DNA from: an uncultured Verrucomicrobiota bacterium
GTDB taxonomy: Bacteria > Verrucomicrobiota > Kiritimatiellia > CAIKKV01 > CAITUY01
Direction of reading: 5' to 3'
NCBI GenBank assembly: GCA_964508705.1
Contig: CAZDUS010000004.1
Span: forward strand, 2,762 to 66,761
DNA length: 64,000 bases
Numbering within the stretch: position 1 is the stretch's first letter; each line of letters starts with the position of its first letter. This document shows positions 56,002-64,000 of this stretch, in pieces. Below the pieces are notes generated by a model. It saw only the letters and a program-made list of their open reading frames with translations, was not told the DNA's origin and did no database searches. A program made the position numbers and the translations under genes.

Positions 56002-57360
56002 TCACTCGCTTTTAGTCGTCTCGACTGGGCTTGATTTCTCCGCCTTGCCCTTGCCAAACCATCGCAGATAGAACATCAAGCTGACCACTGCAAGAAATCC
56101 AAGAATAATGTAGATAATCATCCAAGTCGTCTGACGGCTCGGCGATTTAACATTCAGGATCGGCGCTCCAAAGATATCCTGCGGCTTTTCACGCGGCTGA
56201 AACAACTCTTCCAGTCGAATTAAACGGGATTCAATACCCTTCAACGCTTCCGTCTTTCGGCGGACGGATGCAACATACTCCTCATTGACTACATCAGGAA
56301 CCTTTTCCGCCTTAACCGCTATCAGCTCCTTAATAACCAGCTCAATATCATGCACCACAGATGTATAAGCTTCTGTCGTCTTGGTAAGCTCGCTTAATTC
56401 CTTCGCCCTGGCCTCCAACTTGAGAATCCACTCATCAATCCCCCCCCAGGGATTGATCAGCTTCACGTCAAATACCTTGGATTCCTGCGGCGCCAGATCA
56501 ATCGTATCCGAAAACGCATAACAGACATTCTTAACGCTATCGAACCCGATTTGAAGCCCACCCGCGTCGATAACATCGGTCGGCTTAACCTCGATGGGGA
56601 AATCCCTTCTCAAGGGAATTGTCCTTTTTTCAGTTGGCGAGGGATTGGTCACCTTAATATGGACAATCACCACATTTCCCGTGGAGCCTTCCACCCCGTT
56701 TGACGCTGGCGGCAATACCCGTGATGCGCCTAGCAGCTTCCCTGGGTCTTTCCCTGCGGCAATCACCAGGTTTTCCATCATGCCTATATCACGTCGAATC
56801 CGCGTCAAGGCTTCCATGTTGGATTCATAAGCGCGAATATGCTCGATGGGCTTGACCACCCCTACAACATAGGCATTCTGACGCTCCTTAACGGCCTTCA
56901 TCCCTTCGGTCAAAACCCCATTCAACTGTTCCGCCGTATCGCCCTGCGCTGTCCCTTTCAAAGCCGCCATCAATACGGAAACATGTTGCGCCATCTCATC
57001 CAGAACTGATTCAGGAACAACCCAAATATCCCTGACTTTCACCTCAAACGTGCGAGTTTGCCCAGGATCAAGTTCAATAACTTTGTGGACATAATAGGTC
57101 TTGGCGGCAATGTCATACGCTATGTCCAGCCCAGCGGCATCAATCACGTCAGCCGGAGTCGCCGGTGCCGGCAGGAAAGACTTAACCGTCACCGATTGCT
57201 TTTCTATTTTTGAAGGATTAATCGCCCTTATCTTTACTGCCAACGTGTCAGCCTGCGATATCCCTCCCGTCACACCAGCAAGAATCCAAACCAAAAGCAA
57301 GGCAACCCGCAGGTTATTAGCCGGTCTTCCTTGTTTCATGTCATTTCTATTCCCGGCCAT
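56002..57360 (-). CDS. Signal-peptide protein with two tandem homologous modules and a C-terminal TM anchor
   Basis: Signal LRVALLLVWILAGVTGGISQA. Repeated block NPS..EK.......P....P.DVIDA.GL.I..D......Y.....I.L.P.....F.VK....W occurs twice. C-terminal TM segment WMIIYIILGFLAVVSLMFYL. ATG at 57360 with GGGGGA upstream. Confidence 0.6.
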   Translation of the reverse strand: MAGNRNDMKQGRPANNLRVALLLVWILAGVTGGISQADTLAVKIRAINPSKIEKQSVTVKSFLPAPATPADVIDAAGLDIAYDIAAKTYYVHKVIELDPGQTRTFEVKVRDIWVVPESVLDEMAQHVSVLMAALKGTAQGDTAEQLNGVLTEGMKAVKERQNAYVVGVVKPIEHIRAYESNMEALTRIRRDIGMMENLVIAAGKDPGKLLGASRVLPPASNGVEGSTGNVVIVHIKVTNPSPTEKRTIPLRRDFPIEVKPTDVIDAGGLQIGFDSVKNVCYAFSDTIDLAPQESKVFDVKLINPWGGIDEWILKLEARAKELSELTKTTEAYTSVVHDIELVIKELIAVKAEKVPDVVNEEYVASVRRKTEALKGIESRLIRLEELFQPREKPQDIFGAPILNVKSPSRQTTWMIIYIILGFLAVVSLMFYLRWFGKGKAEKSSPVETTKSE

Positions 57361-57427
57361 TGGATTCCCCCTTTCAAAATCGCACGTAAGCTTCAACTCA
57401 TACACAATCAACGGTAATGCATGCTTC

Positions 57428-57772
57428 TCAAAGTTGCGTCACCACAGCCGCCCCCTCATTCCCATACTGGTCCCGTGCGGTAATGATGTTGTCCCCTTTT
57501 ACTCCCTTATTCGCCTTATAGACAGCATTACTACCGGAATGACTTACTATTGTTCCAAGATTCGGCACCGAAACACTCCACTCCAATGGAAGAGCCATGT
57601 TTCCATCAACAAACGCAGTGAAAGACACCGATGACGAGGAATTGCTCACAATTACCGACGCGGGGCTAACCGTTAACCCTTCAATTCCCTCCGCTGACTC
57701 ACACCCGGACCACACTCCAACAGCCATCACCACTAAAGCCAATACTACACCAATCAATTTAAGTTTGATCAT
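57428..57772 (-). CDS. Small lipoprotein with an Ig-like (Big_2-type) domain
   Basis: Lipobox ...AVGVWSG/C after a hydrophobic leader. LTVSPASVIV...FTAFV...WSVS...ITARDQYGNEG resembles a bacterial Ig-like fold. Confidence 0.6.
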   Translation of the reverse strand: MIKLKLIGVVLALVVMAVGVWSGCESAEGIEGLTVSPASVIVSNSSSSVSFTAFVDGNMALPLEWSVSVPNLGTIVSHSGSNAVYKANKGVKGDNIITARDQYGNEGAAVVTQL

Positions 57773-57841
57773 AAACACCCCTCTCTTGCTTTTGACACCA
57801 ACAAAGTACCTTAAGCTTCAATCGGCGAAAACGAAAAACAT

Positions 57842-59572
57842 TTACTCCGCTAAGCATGCCTTGACTGCCTTGAAGACATTCTGGGCTTCGCATAGGTATC
57901 GCAGAACGCCTTGTCGGTTAATTACCGCATGCCCCCCTTGCGCGGACACACCGAATTGTTTCCAAATCGCACCACTCGAATCAATCGCTATCGGATAGTC
58001 CCCCCCTGCCCCCAAAGCCACTTTCCTGCCATTCTCGCTGTCATCCTGCGCCGGCAGTATCCATGCACATGCCATATCCCCTGAGCCAAACTTTGTTTGC
58101 AGTTGATTCAACAAGCGGGGCTCATCCGGAAATTGACGGCTTAACGATTCATCCATATAGGCGGACGAGAACCTTAACACCACCACTTTTCCTCTCAAGT
58201 CATCCGCTCGAATCGCGCCCCCGTCAAGTCGCCCCCCACGTAACCAGCGAAGCCCTTTCACCCATGCGTATGCCTCGGATGAGGCTGTTACACCCGGCTT
58301 TGAATGTTCAACGCCCCTTCGCTCCGCACTTCCTCTGATGTCGCCATTGGATGCCCTCGCCACAGGAACTGATTCGCTCAACGACCCTTTCCTAAGGACA
58401 ATATCCAGATCCTGCCCCATTGGCTTGATGCCAACAACTTCACGAGCCAGCTCACCGTCGGACATTACACGGAGCGAAACAAGGTTCTCCCTGACATCCC
58501 TAAAGATAAACCATCCGTTATCATCCGCATTGGTTGCCGCTATCTGCCGGGCGACAGGTGGGGGCGTCCACACTGATAATGCCACACTCTTACCGCGCCC
58601 CATATCATCAACAACGCGTCCTTTTAATGAAACCTCACCCAATGGATAGACCACAACAGGCTCAACTGATTGCGGGGGGACCATTCTTGACCCGACGCTT
58701 GGCAAAGGCTTCACCTTTATCGGATTGACCATCATGTAACCGTCACGCTCAACTGTAACGCTATATAGCAATCCCGGCAGTAAACCTTCGATCACATAAA
58801 TCCCCTGCGCATCTGAGAAAACTGGCGGCATGATCCGGTCAAATGGCAAAGGAATCATTTCTTCTTCCGATTTGATGCCTGTTACTCGAATCCTGACATT
58901 TGCAACAGGTTGCCCGAAACGATCCATCACCCGTCCGGTAACCAACACCGTTGGCTCAAGCGCAATTTCGGCAAATACCTTCTCTCCTGCCTTTTGCGAA
59001 ACGATAGCCATACCTGCCAACGGTAAATCCTGATGCTCGGCATACACAAGAACGTACCGCTCGCCATCCGCCAACTGTCCCGCACTCCTGCGCTCAACAT
59101 TAAAACGCCCATTCGTGTCAGTCATCACGGGCGGCTCATCACCCCACTCCCCGGCCATCACCCACGCTTTTTGCGCGCCAGATCTGGAATTGGTTCCATC
59201 GCCGGGCAACACAACCCTGCCGACCACCGAAAATACGTCCGCCTCCCTGTCCAACCCCTTGATGGCTTCGCGCGCGTTCGGCGCCATCAAACCATCCGGT
59301 GTCGACACCTTCAATAAACTCTCCCATGCTGCTCGAGCTTCACTCACTCGTCCCGCCCTCTGCTCACAAACTCCCACCCGGTATAATAGCTTGCTTGAAA
59401 GCGCCACGTCCTTGCCCTGGGCCATTGACAATGCCTCTCGATATTCTGAAATGGCCTTATCGAACTGACCTTTCATTTCCTGCTCATAGGCCAAGGCGAA
59501 TCTGGCTTCAGGCGTCAATTCAGCGCCTGCAACCGCTCCGCCAATAAATATCAATATTAACCACCGTTTCAT
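57842..59572 (-). CDS. Secreted TPR / carboxypeptidase-regulatory-like / thioredoxin-fold multidomain protein
   Basis: Signal peptide, a TPR-like N-terminus and beta-sandwich repeats (VTGRVMDRFGQPVANVRIRVTG). The C-terminal redoxin-like block (GKVVVLRFSSAYMD...PIAIDSSGAIWKQFGV...GHAVINRQG) has no CxxC. Confidence 0.55.
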   Translation of the reverse strand: MKRWLILIFIGGAVAGAELTPEARFALAYEQEMKGQFDKAISEYREALSMAQGKDVALSSKLLYRVGVCEQRAGRVSEARAAWESLLKVSTPDGLMAPNAREAIKGLDREADVFSVVGRVVLPGDGTNSRSGAQKAWVMAGEWGDEPPVMTDTNGRFNVERRSAGQLADGERYVLVYAEHQDLPLAGMAIVSQKAGEKVFAEIALEPTVLVTGRVMDRFGQPVANVRIRVTGIKSEEEMIPLPFDRIMPPVFSDAQGIYVIEGLLPGLLYSVTVERDGYMMVNPIKVKPLPSVGSRMVPPQSVEPVVVYPLGEVSLKGRVVDDMGRGKSVALSVWTPPPVARQIAATNADDNGWFIFRDVRENLVSLRVMSDGELAREVVGIKPMGQDLDIVLRKGSLSESVPVARASNGDIRGSAERRGVEHSKPGVTASSEAYAWVKGLRWLRGGRLDGGAIRADDLRGKVVVLRFSSAYMDESLSRQFPDEPRLLNQLQTKFGSGDMACAWILPAQDDSENGRKVALGAGGDYPIAIDSSGAIWKQFGVSAQGGHAVINRQGVLRYLCEAQNVFKAVKACLAE

Positions 59573-59601
59573 CAAAAACTCTCTGCCATGGTCTTTCTGG
59601 A

Positions 59602-60291
59602 TTATTTTGCAAATTTGTAACCAACCCCATGAACAGTCAAAATATGTTTTGGCTTGTGTGCATCCTTCTCGATCTTAGTCCGTAACATCGCCACAAAGGT
59701 ATCCAATGACCGTTGCGTTCCATAATACTCCATTCCCCATACATCCCTCATCAATACCTCCCGGGAAAGGGACACCCCTTCATTGGCCGCCAGGCAGGCC
59801 AGCAAATCAAATTCCGTCCGGGTCAGCGTGACTTCCTTCCCTTTGCGAACCACCGTCCTGGCCGCAGTATCAAGAATACATTCGCCAAAGTGATACTGCT
59901 TCGTTCCAATGGATGGCTTTTCGGCTCTGGCCAGAACCACTTTCACCCTAGCCAGCAACTCCTTGATACTGAATGGCTTAGTCACATAATCATCAGCACC
60001 CGCATCAAATCCAGCCAGCTTGTCCGTCTCCTCCTTGCGGGCCGTCAACATGATTACCGGCATGGTTAAACGCTTGTTCCTTATCGCCCGACAAATGTCA
60101 TAACCATTCATATCAGGAAGCATGATATCCAGGATCAACAAATCCGGATTGCGTTCGATCGCAATTTTTATCGCTTCCGCACCCATTTCCGCCGTCAACA
60201 CCCGGTAGCCAGCCACAGTTAGATTCTCATCCAATCCCAGCATCAGCGATTCGTCGTCTTCCACAACCAAAATGGTTTTTTGCTTATTCAT
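59602..60291 (-). CDS. OmpR-family response regulator
   Basis: Receiver domain (ILVVEDDE...DLLILDIMLPDMNG) and a winged-helix output domain (...LTRTEFDLLACLA...HGVGYKF). Confidence 0.9.
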   Translation of the reverse strand: MNKQKTILVVEDDESLMLGLDENLTVAGYRVLTAEMGAEAIKIAIERNPDLLILDIMLPDMNGYDICRAIRNKRLTMPVIMLTARKEETDKLAGFDAGADDYVTKPFSIKELLARVKVVLARAEKPSIGTKQYHFGECILDTAARTVVRKGKEVTLTRTEFDLLACLAANEGVSLSREVLMRDVWGMEYYGTQRSLDTFVAMLRTKIEKDAHKPKHILTVHGVGYKFAK

Positions 60292-62513
60292 TCACCCTCC
60301 TGACTAGCCCTTCCGGCCGGAAGAATTACCTTAAACGTACTTCCCTCGCCAACTCCACTCACAATCTCAAGCCGCCCCTTATGCGCCTGAACGACATGTC
60401 TACACAAGGCTAACCCAAGTCCTATCCCGTGCGCGTTGGCTTCCGCCGCTTTTCGTCCCCTGGTATACGGACGCACAATACGTCTGACATCATCCTTGCT
60501 CATCCCAACCCCATGATCCCTGATGGCCACTTCAACATTAACCCTGGTCCCTCTCCCTCGAAACCACCACGACTGCGTCAAACCATGCCCATAACCAACC
60601 ACACCAGCTGGATGCACATAGCGTCGCACATCGACTTCAATCACATGGGCATGCCCCGAATATTTTACGGCATTGTCCAAGAGATTAAATACGACTTGCT
60701 CAATGGCGCCCGCATCGAGCAAAACCGGCCCTAATTCAGGCTCAACACGCAATTGAATAACCCAGACGGGCTTCGCTTCTTTCTGATCAATAATTCCGAC
60801 ACCCTCATTGCCTCCGTCCATCTTCCCTGTCGGCAATCGAACAACACTCGCGCCAATACCTGTCGCAAATGTCTCAACGGTTTCCTGAACCACTCCGCCA
60901 AGATCACCCTCGGTGAATCGGTATCGCAGCATCCCTTCCCCATATCTGATAAAATATAGCGCGCGATCCGTCAGTCGGCTAAGCCTGTCGCTTTCCTTGA
61001 GAATGGCACCCAGAAACTTTTTTCGCTTCGCCTCATCCTGAACCCTTTCAAGGTACAAGCTTTCCGCCAACATGCGCATTGACGAAAGCGGCGTGCGAAG
61101 ATCATGGGAAACGGCCGCCGCAAAATCACTATGCTCACGGGCCCTGTGTATCTCCCACGCCGCCTCGCGCCACATCAACCATCCGCCGACAATCACCCCA
61201 ATCATAAGCAACGCCCCCGCCAACCCATACAATCGCTTTTGGAAAGCGGCATTTGCGGCGAACGATCGCGGATCAGCCGGCATGGCCGTAATCACAAATC
61301 GATCCAACGGAGGCGCCAATCTTCGCTCAGCCAAGGTTAACCGGTTTGAACTCGAATGGCCGACGGACTCTTGCACACCACAGCTTACCCGAACCCCCGC
61401 CTTTCGTCCTTCCGCTTGCGCCAGGGCAATCACCTTCTCCGACAACGCCTGTCGTCTAAACTGCACCACGGCCCACACAGCCCCGGACACATTCCTGTCC
61501 GGAATCGTCACAAGATAATCATTCGTTCCGAATCGCAACCATTGCCAACCGTCATCAACCAGACCACGGGAAATGCCTCCAAAATCGCGCTCTATCCTGT
61601 CTCGATCAGATTTAACAAGTCGCTGGGCTCGAACACACTCCTGCCATTGAATATCAGACGCCATCCCTTCGCGATCCCGTTCTTCCATCCTCGTTGCCAG
61701 CAATGCCCGCTGGGTTGACGGCAGAAAATCATACCTCTCCAACACCCGCGTCCTTATCTCCCTCTGCATCGACGCTTCGGCGGTCTTGTTGCCGGTTACA
61801 GCATATATGTCCGAAATTTCTGCTAACCCAATAAGATCAAGATGAAATCCCTCCTCGGGATCGCGAAGAGGCACCGATATCAAACCGTATCGTTTTGAGT
61901 TGCTCTCAGCGATCTCAACACACGCATGGAGGCTTTCGATCACGTTTTCCCACATCTTCGCCTCGCGATATCCCTGTGCAAGCCTCAACAAGGCCATTGC
62001 CCTGACAACCGGATCCAAACCTGGAACATCCAACAATCGTCGATAGACCGCAATGGTGGCCTCGGCGTTTGTCAGTGAATGCGTCTGTTGACCGGCCTGC
62101 CGCAGCGCAGTCAGACCAGCCTGATCGCTCGAATCCATCGCCCAAAAGTCACCGGCTCGATTAGTTGCCATCACCGGATAGAGCAACGCCCCATCCCTCT
62201 GCGCCACAAATACTTCCCCCACCCATTCATGCCTGGCTTTAATCTCCGCGACGCTCAAGGTTGCCTGGAAAAAATTTGACCGTGGCACAAGTCTCGGAAG
62301 CAATCGCGTCCCCATCTGCTTCCGCAAGGCATCAAGATTGGAAACCCATTCCACAACTACAGCGTCTAGCGCCCTGTCGGCATCCCGCGCCATCCGTTCC
62401 CGAAGGACAATCTGCCAACTCCCAAGCACTCGCCCCGCCAAGAACGATAAGGTTGCCGATGGCCCGACAATCAGGACAAGCACAAGGAAAACCAGTTTTA
62501 GCTCTCGACGCAT
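60288..62513 (-). CDS. Sensor histidine kinase with a large N-terminal sensor region
   Basis: H-box AAVSHDLRTPL, N-box VVFNLLDNAVKYS, G-boxes DHGVGM and GIGLGL. The stop overlaps the response regulator start (ATGA). Confidence 0.85.
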   Translation of the reverse strand: MRRELKLVFLVLVLIVGPSATLSFLAGRVLGSWQIVLRERMARDADRALDAVVVEWVSNLDALRKQMGTRLLPRLVPRSNFFQATLSVAEIKARHEWVGEVFVAQRDGALLYPVMATNRAGDFWAMDSSDQAGLTALRQAGQQTHSLTNAEATIAVYRRLLDVPGLDPVVRAMALLRLAQGYREAKMWENVIESLHACVEIAESNSKRYGLISVPLRDPEEGFHLDLIGLAEISDIYAVTGNKTAEASMQREIRTRVLERYDFLPSTQRALLATRMEERDREGMASDIQWQECVRAQRLVKSDRDRIERDFGGISRGLVDDGWQWLRFGTNDYLVTIPDRNVSGAVWAVVQFRRQALSEKVIALAQAEGRKAGVRVSCGVQESVGHSSSNRLTLAERRLAPPLDRFVITAMPADPRSFAANAAFQKRLYGLAGALLMIGVIVGGWLMWREAAWEIHRAREHSDFAAAVSHDLRTPLSSMRMLAESLYLERVQDEAKRKKFLGAILKESDRLSRLTDRALYFIRYGEGMLRYRFTEGDLGGVVQETVETFATGIGASVVRLPTGKMDGGNEGVGIIDQKEAKPVWVIQLRVEPELGPVLLDAGAIEQVVFNLLDNAVKYSGHAHVIEVDVRRYVHPAGVVGYGHGLTQSWWFRGRGTRVNVEVAIRDHGVGMSKDDVRRIVRPYTRGRKAAEANAHGIGLGLALCRHVVQAHKGRLEIVSGVGEGSTFKVILPAGRASQEGE

Positions 62514-62570
62514 AGGGTTAAGCCTAAATACGGTTCACCAATCCTCTTGATGCCGATTCCGAAACTTCAA

Positions 62571-63719
62571 CTATTTCCTCGACTCTAGATCAAGAATCCA
62601 AGCCTTCACGGCGGCGGCATCAGGCGCGGAGGGGCTCAAGTCAAGGTATTGGCGGTAATACTGATCTGCCTTGCGCGGCTGCTTGAGGTAATCATCGTAA
62701 AGAACGCCCAAGTTGTAGTGTACACGCGGATTAGACGGCTCCCGCTTTAGCGCTTCGAGATACAGCTTTTCCGCCTCTCCGGACTTACCGTCCAGCAGGG
62801 CTTTCTCGGCATCATTGAGTAAATTAATCACCGTGCGGTCTTTAACAGTCTTCTCTCGCGATTTTGCAGGCGCGGTCTGGTCGCTTTTATCCTTCAATGA
62901 GACCGCCGCAACTGGCTCCGCAGTCGCCGCCACCAGCTTCTCTTTCAGATCTCGCAAGTCGCGCTCCTGCTGATAAGCATGACGCGCCAACTTGTCCAAC
63001 CCTTTCCTGTATGCATCCGCCACTTTACCCGCACGTTCCGCTTTTGCGCTCGATTTCCGCGACTCGTTGGCAAGTTTCTTCAGTTCTGCTTCAAGTTCAG
63101 CAACTCTCTTCTTTAGCATGTCGCGAGCGACTGCCTCGGATTGAAGAGACCCTCGCGCCATCGCGAGATCCTGCCTTAAGCCGGCATTCTCCTGTTCCAC
63201 TTTTCGGAAAAGATCGGATCCTGGCGGAGGCACAGGCATCATCACCGCCTGCGTATTCGTCGGTGTCGCTCTGGCCACGCTGAGCGCCTCCCTTAAGCGC
63301 TCAACTTCTCTGGCAAGCGCTAGGTTCTCAGCCTGCACTCTCGCCATCTCATTCCTCAATTCTTCAGGAGTCTTGAGCTGAGAAACCAAAACGGTTAATT
63401 GATCCCGCTTTCGTTCCAAATCCCTCACGTCGAGAATCAACGCCGCGTTTTGCCGGCGCAAATCCCCCATCTCCCTCCCTAACCGATCCTGATCACGTCG
63501 AAGGCTAAGATTCTCATCTATAATTTCCTGATAGGCCTTGGGATCAATTTGCTTGGCCTGCAATGGCAATGCGAAAATGAAAGAACTATCAACGCACACT
63601 CCGGCGGTAAGCAGAATAATAGCCCGTATAAAACTGCTGACACTACAAGGAAGCTGTTCAGATTTTTTCATCCCGGCAGAGCGTCTGACGTCTTTTCCGG
63701 TCACGATCATGCTTCGCAT
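62571..63719 (-). CDS. Coiled-coil plus C-terminal TPR protein (secretin-associated?)
   Basis: N-terminal hydrophobic segment, a long heptad-like Glu/Arg/Leu region and C-terminal TPR motifs (AEKLYLEALKREPSNPRVHYNLGVLY). The start could be 63671. Confidence 0.5.
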   Translation of the reverse strand: MRSMIVTGKDVRRSAGMKKSEQLPCSVSSFIRAIILLTAGVCVDSSFIFALPLQAKQIDPKAYQEIIDENLSLRRDQDRLGREMGDLRRQNAALILDVRDLERKRDQLTVLVSQLKTPEELRNEMARVQAENLALAREVERLREALSVARATPTNTQAVMMPVPPPGSDLFRKVEQENAGLRQDLAMARGSLQSEAVARDMLKKRVAELEAELKKLANESRKSSAKAERAGKVADAYRKGLDKLARHAYQQERDLRDLKEKLVAATAEPVAAVSLKDKSDQTAPAKSREKTVKDRTVINLLNDAEKALLDGKSGEAEKLYLEALKREPSNPRVHYNLGVLYDDYLKQPRKADQYYRQYLDLSPSAPDAAAVKAWILDLESRK

Positions 63720-63731
63720 TCCCCGGGCCAG

Positions 63732-64000
63732 TTAAGGTGTCATGTCGGTTATTGTACCAAGGCTCGTATTGGCGGCGTCCTTGACGGGCTTCTTCATATC
63801 CCTGCTACGCTCGAAAAATTTATCCCCCGTCACAACCCTGGGCGTAAGAAGAACTATGATTTCAGCATTCTCCGACTTAACATCATCAGATCTGAAAAGT
63901 GCGCCGAGAAGTGGGATGCTCCCCAGCACAGGAATCTGAGTTCTTTGCTTGGATTGAGTTTCTTCAATCATCCCTGCAATAATAATGGTCACTCCGTCTT
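63732..64000 (-). CDS. Secretin (GspD/PilQ family), C-terminal end only; the gene continues beyond the right edge
   Basis: The frame is open to position 64000. Conserved secretin C-terminal motif QIPVLGSIPLLGALFRSDDVKSENAEIIVLLTPRVV. Confidence 0.8.
   Translation of the reverse strand, partial: DGVTIIIAGMIEETQSKQRTQIPVLGSIPLLGALFRSDDVKSENAEIIVLLTPRVVTGDKFFERSRDMKKPVKDAANTSLGTITDMTP

Noticed and set aside
56002-57360. The 452-aa protein upstream of alpha1 as a divergent ATPase subunit a.
   Set aside because: It has only a cleavable signal peptide and one C-terminal TM helix. Subunit a needs 5-6 TM helices with a conserved membrane Arg.

Overview
The window is 64 kb of bacterial chromosome. 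PEP-CTERM sorting signals and many pseudopilin genes suggest a PVC-type organism (Verrucomicrobiota/Kiritimatiellota-like), but I cannot verify that here. I found no transposase, integrase, CRISPR array or rRNA.

Positions 1-38 kb are mostly housekeeping genes:
- larB-larC, nadK, tlyA, rlmI, a hydrolase, a sodium:solute symporter and an ABC-F ATPase
- a radical-SAM gene preceded by a 56-aa ferredoxin ORF that is missing from the supplied track
- tRNA-Glu, an MFS transporter and an orphan histidine kinase
- a polB-gspG-pseudopilin-larE unit, then lptD
- the rng-rodA-mrdA-mreDCB morphogenesis cluster
- two signalling genes, an IMP-cyclohydrolase-only gene followed by queDEC, tRNA-Thr, holA, a 7TM-HD hydrolase, ybeY and recO

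Positions 38-64 kb are one uninterrupted minus-strand array of about 26 genes. In transcription order it contains:
- a secretin 3-prime end, a coiled-coil/TPR protein and an OmpR-type two-component pair
- a TPR/thioredoxin-fold protein, an Ig-like lipoprotein and an internally duplicated membrane-anchored protein
- a seven-gene atypical F-type ATPase operon
- gspE-F-G, minor pseudopilins and a PilMN/PilO-like platform
- three secreted proteins, the last carrying PEP-CTERM

The ATPase operon is the most unusual feature. It has two tandem alpha paralogues, one of which lacks the arginine finger. It also has a b-delta(C-terminal domain) fusion and a truncated epsilon. It encodes a c subunit but has no subunit a anywhere nearby. 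Its beta stop lies 11 nt from the gspE start.

The first 10 kb also carries two dispersed repeat families: a GTAGGGGCGTCG...CGACGCCC palindrome and a TTCTGAA heptamer microsatellite that contributes codons to three proteins.

All functional calls rest on motif and family recognition by eye, with no database search. Start codons were adjusted where the track's M is actually GTG or TTG and a better ATG plus Shine-Dalgarno exists, so they remain uncertain by tens of nucleotides.
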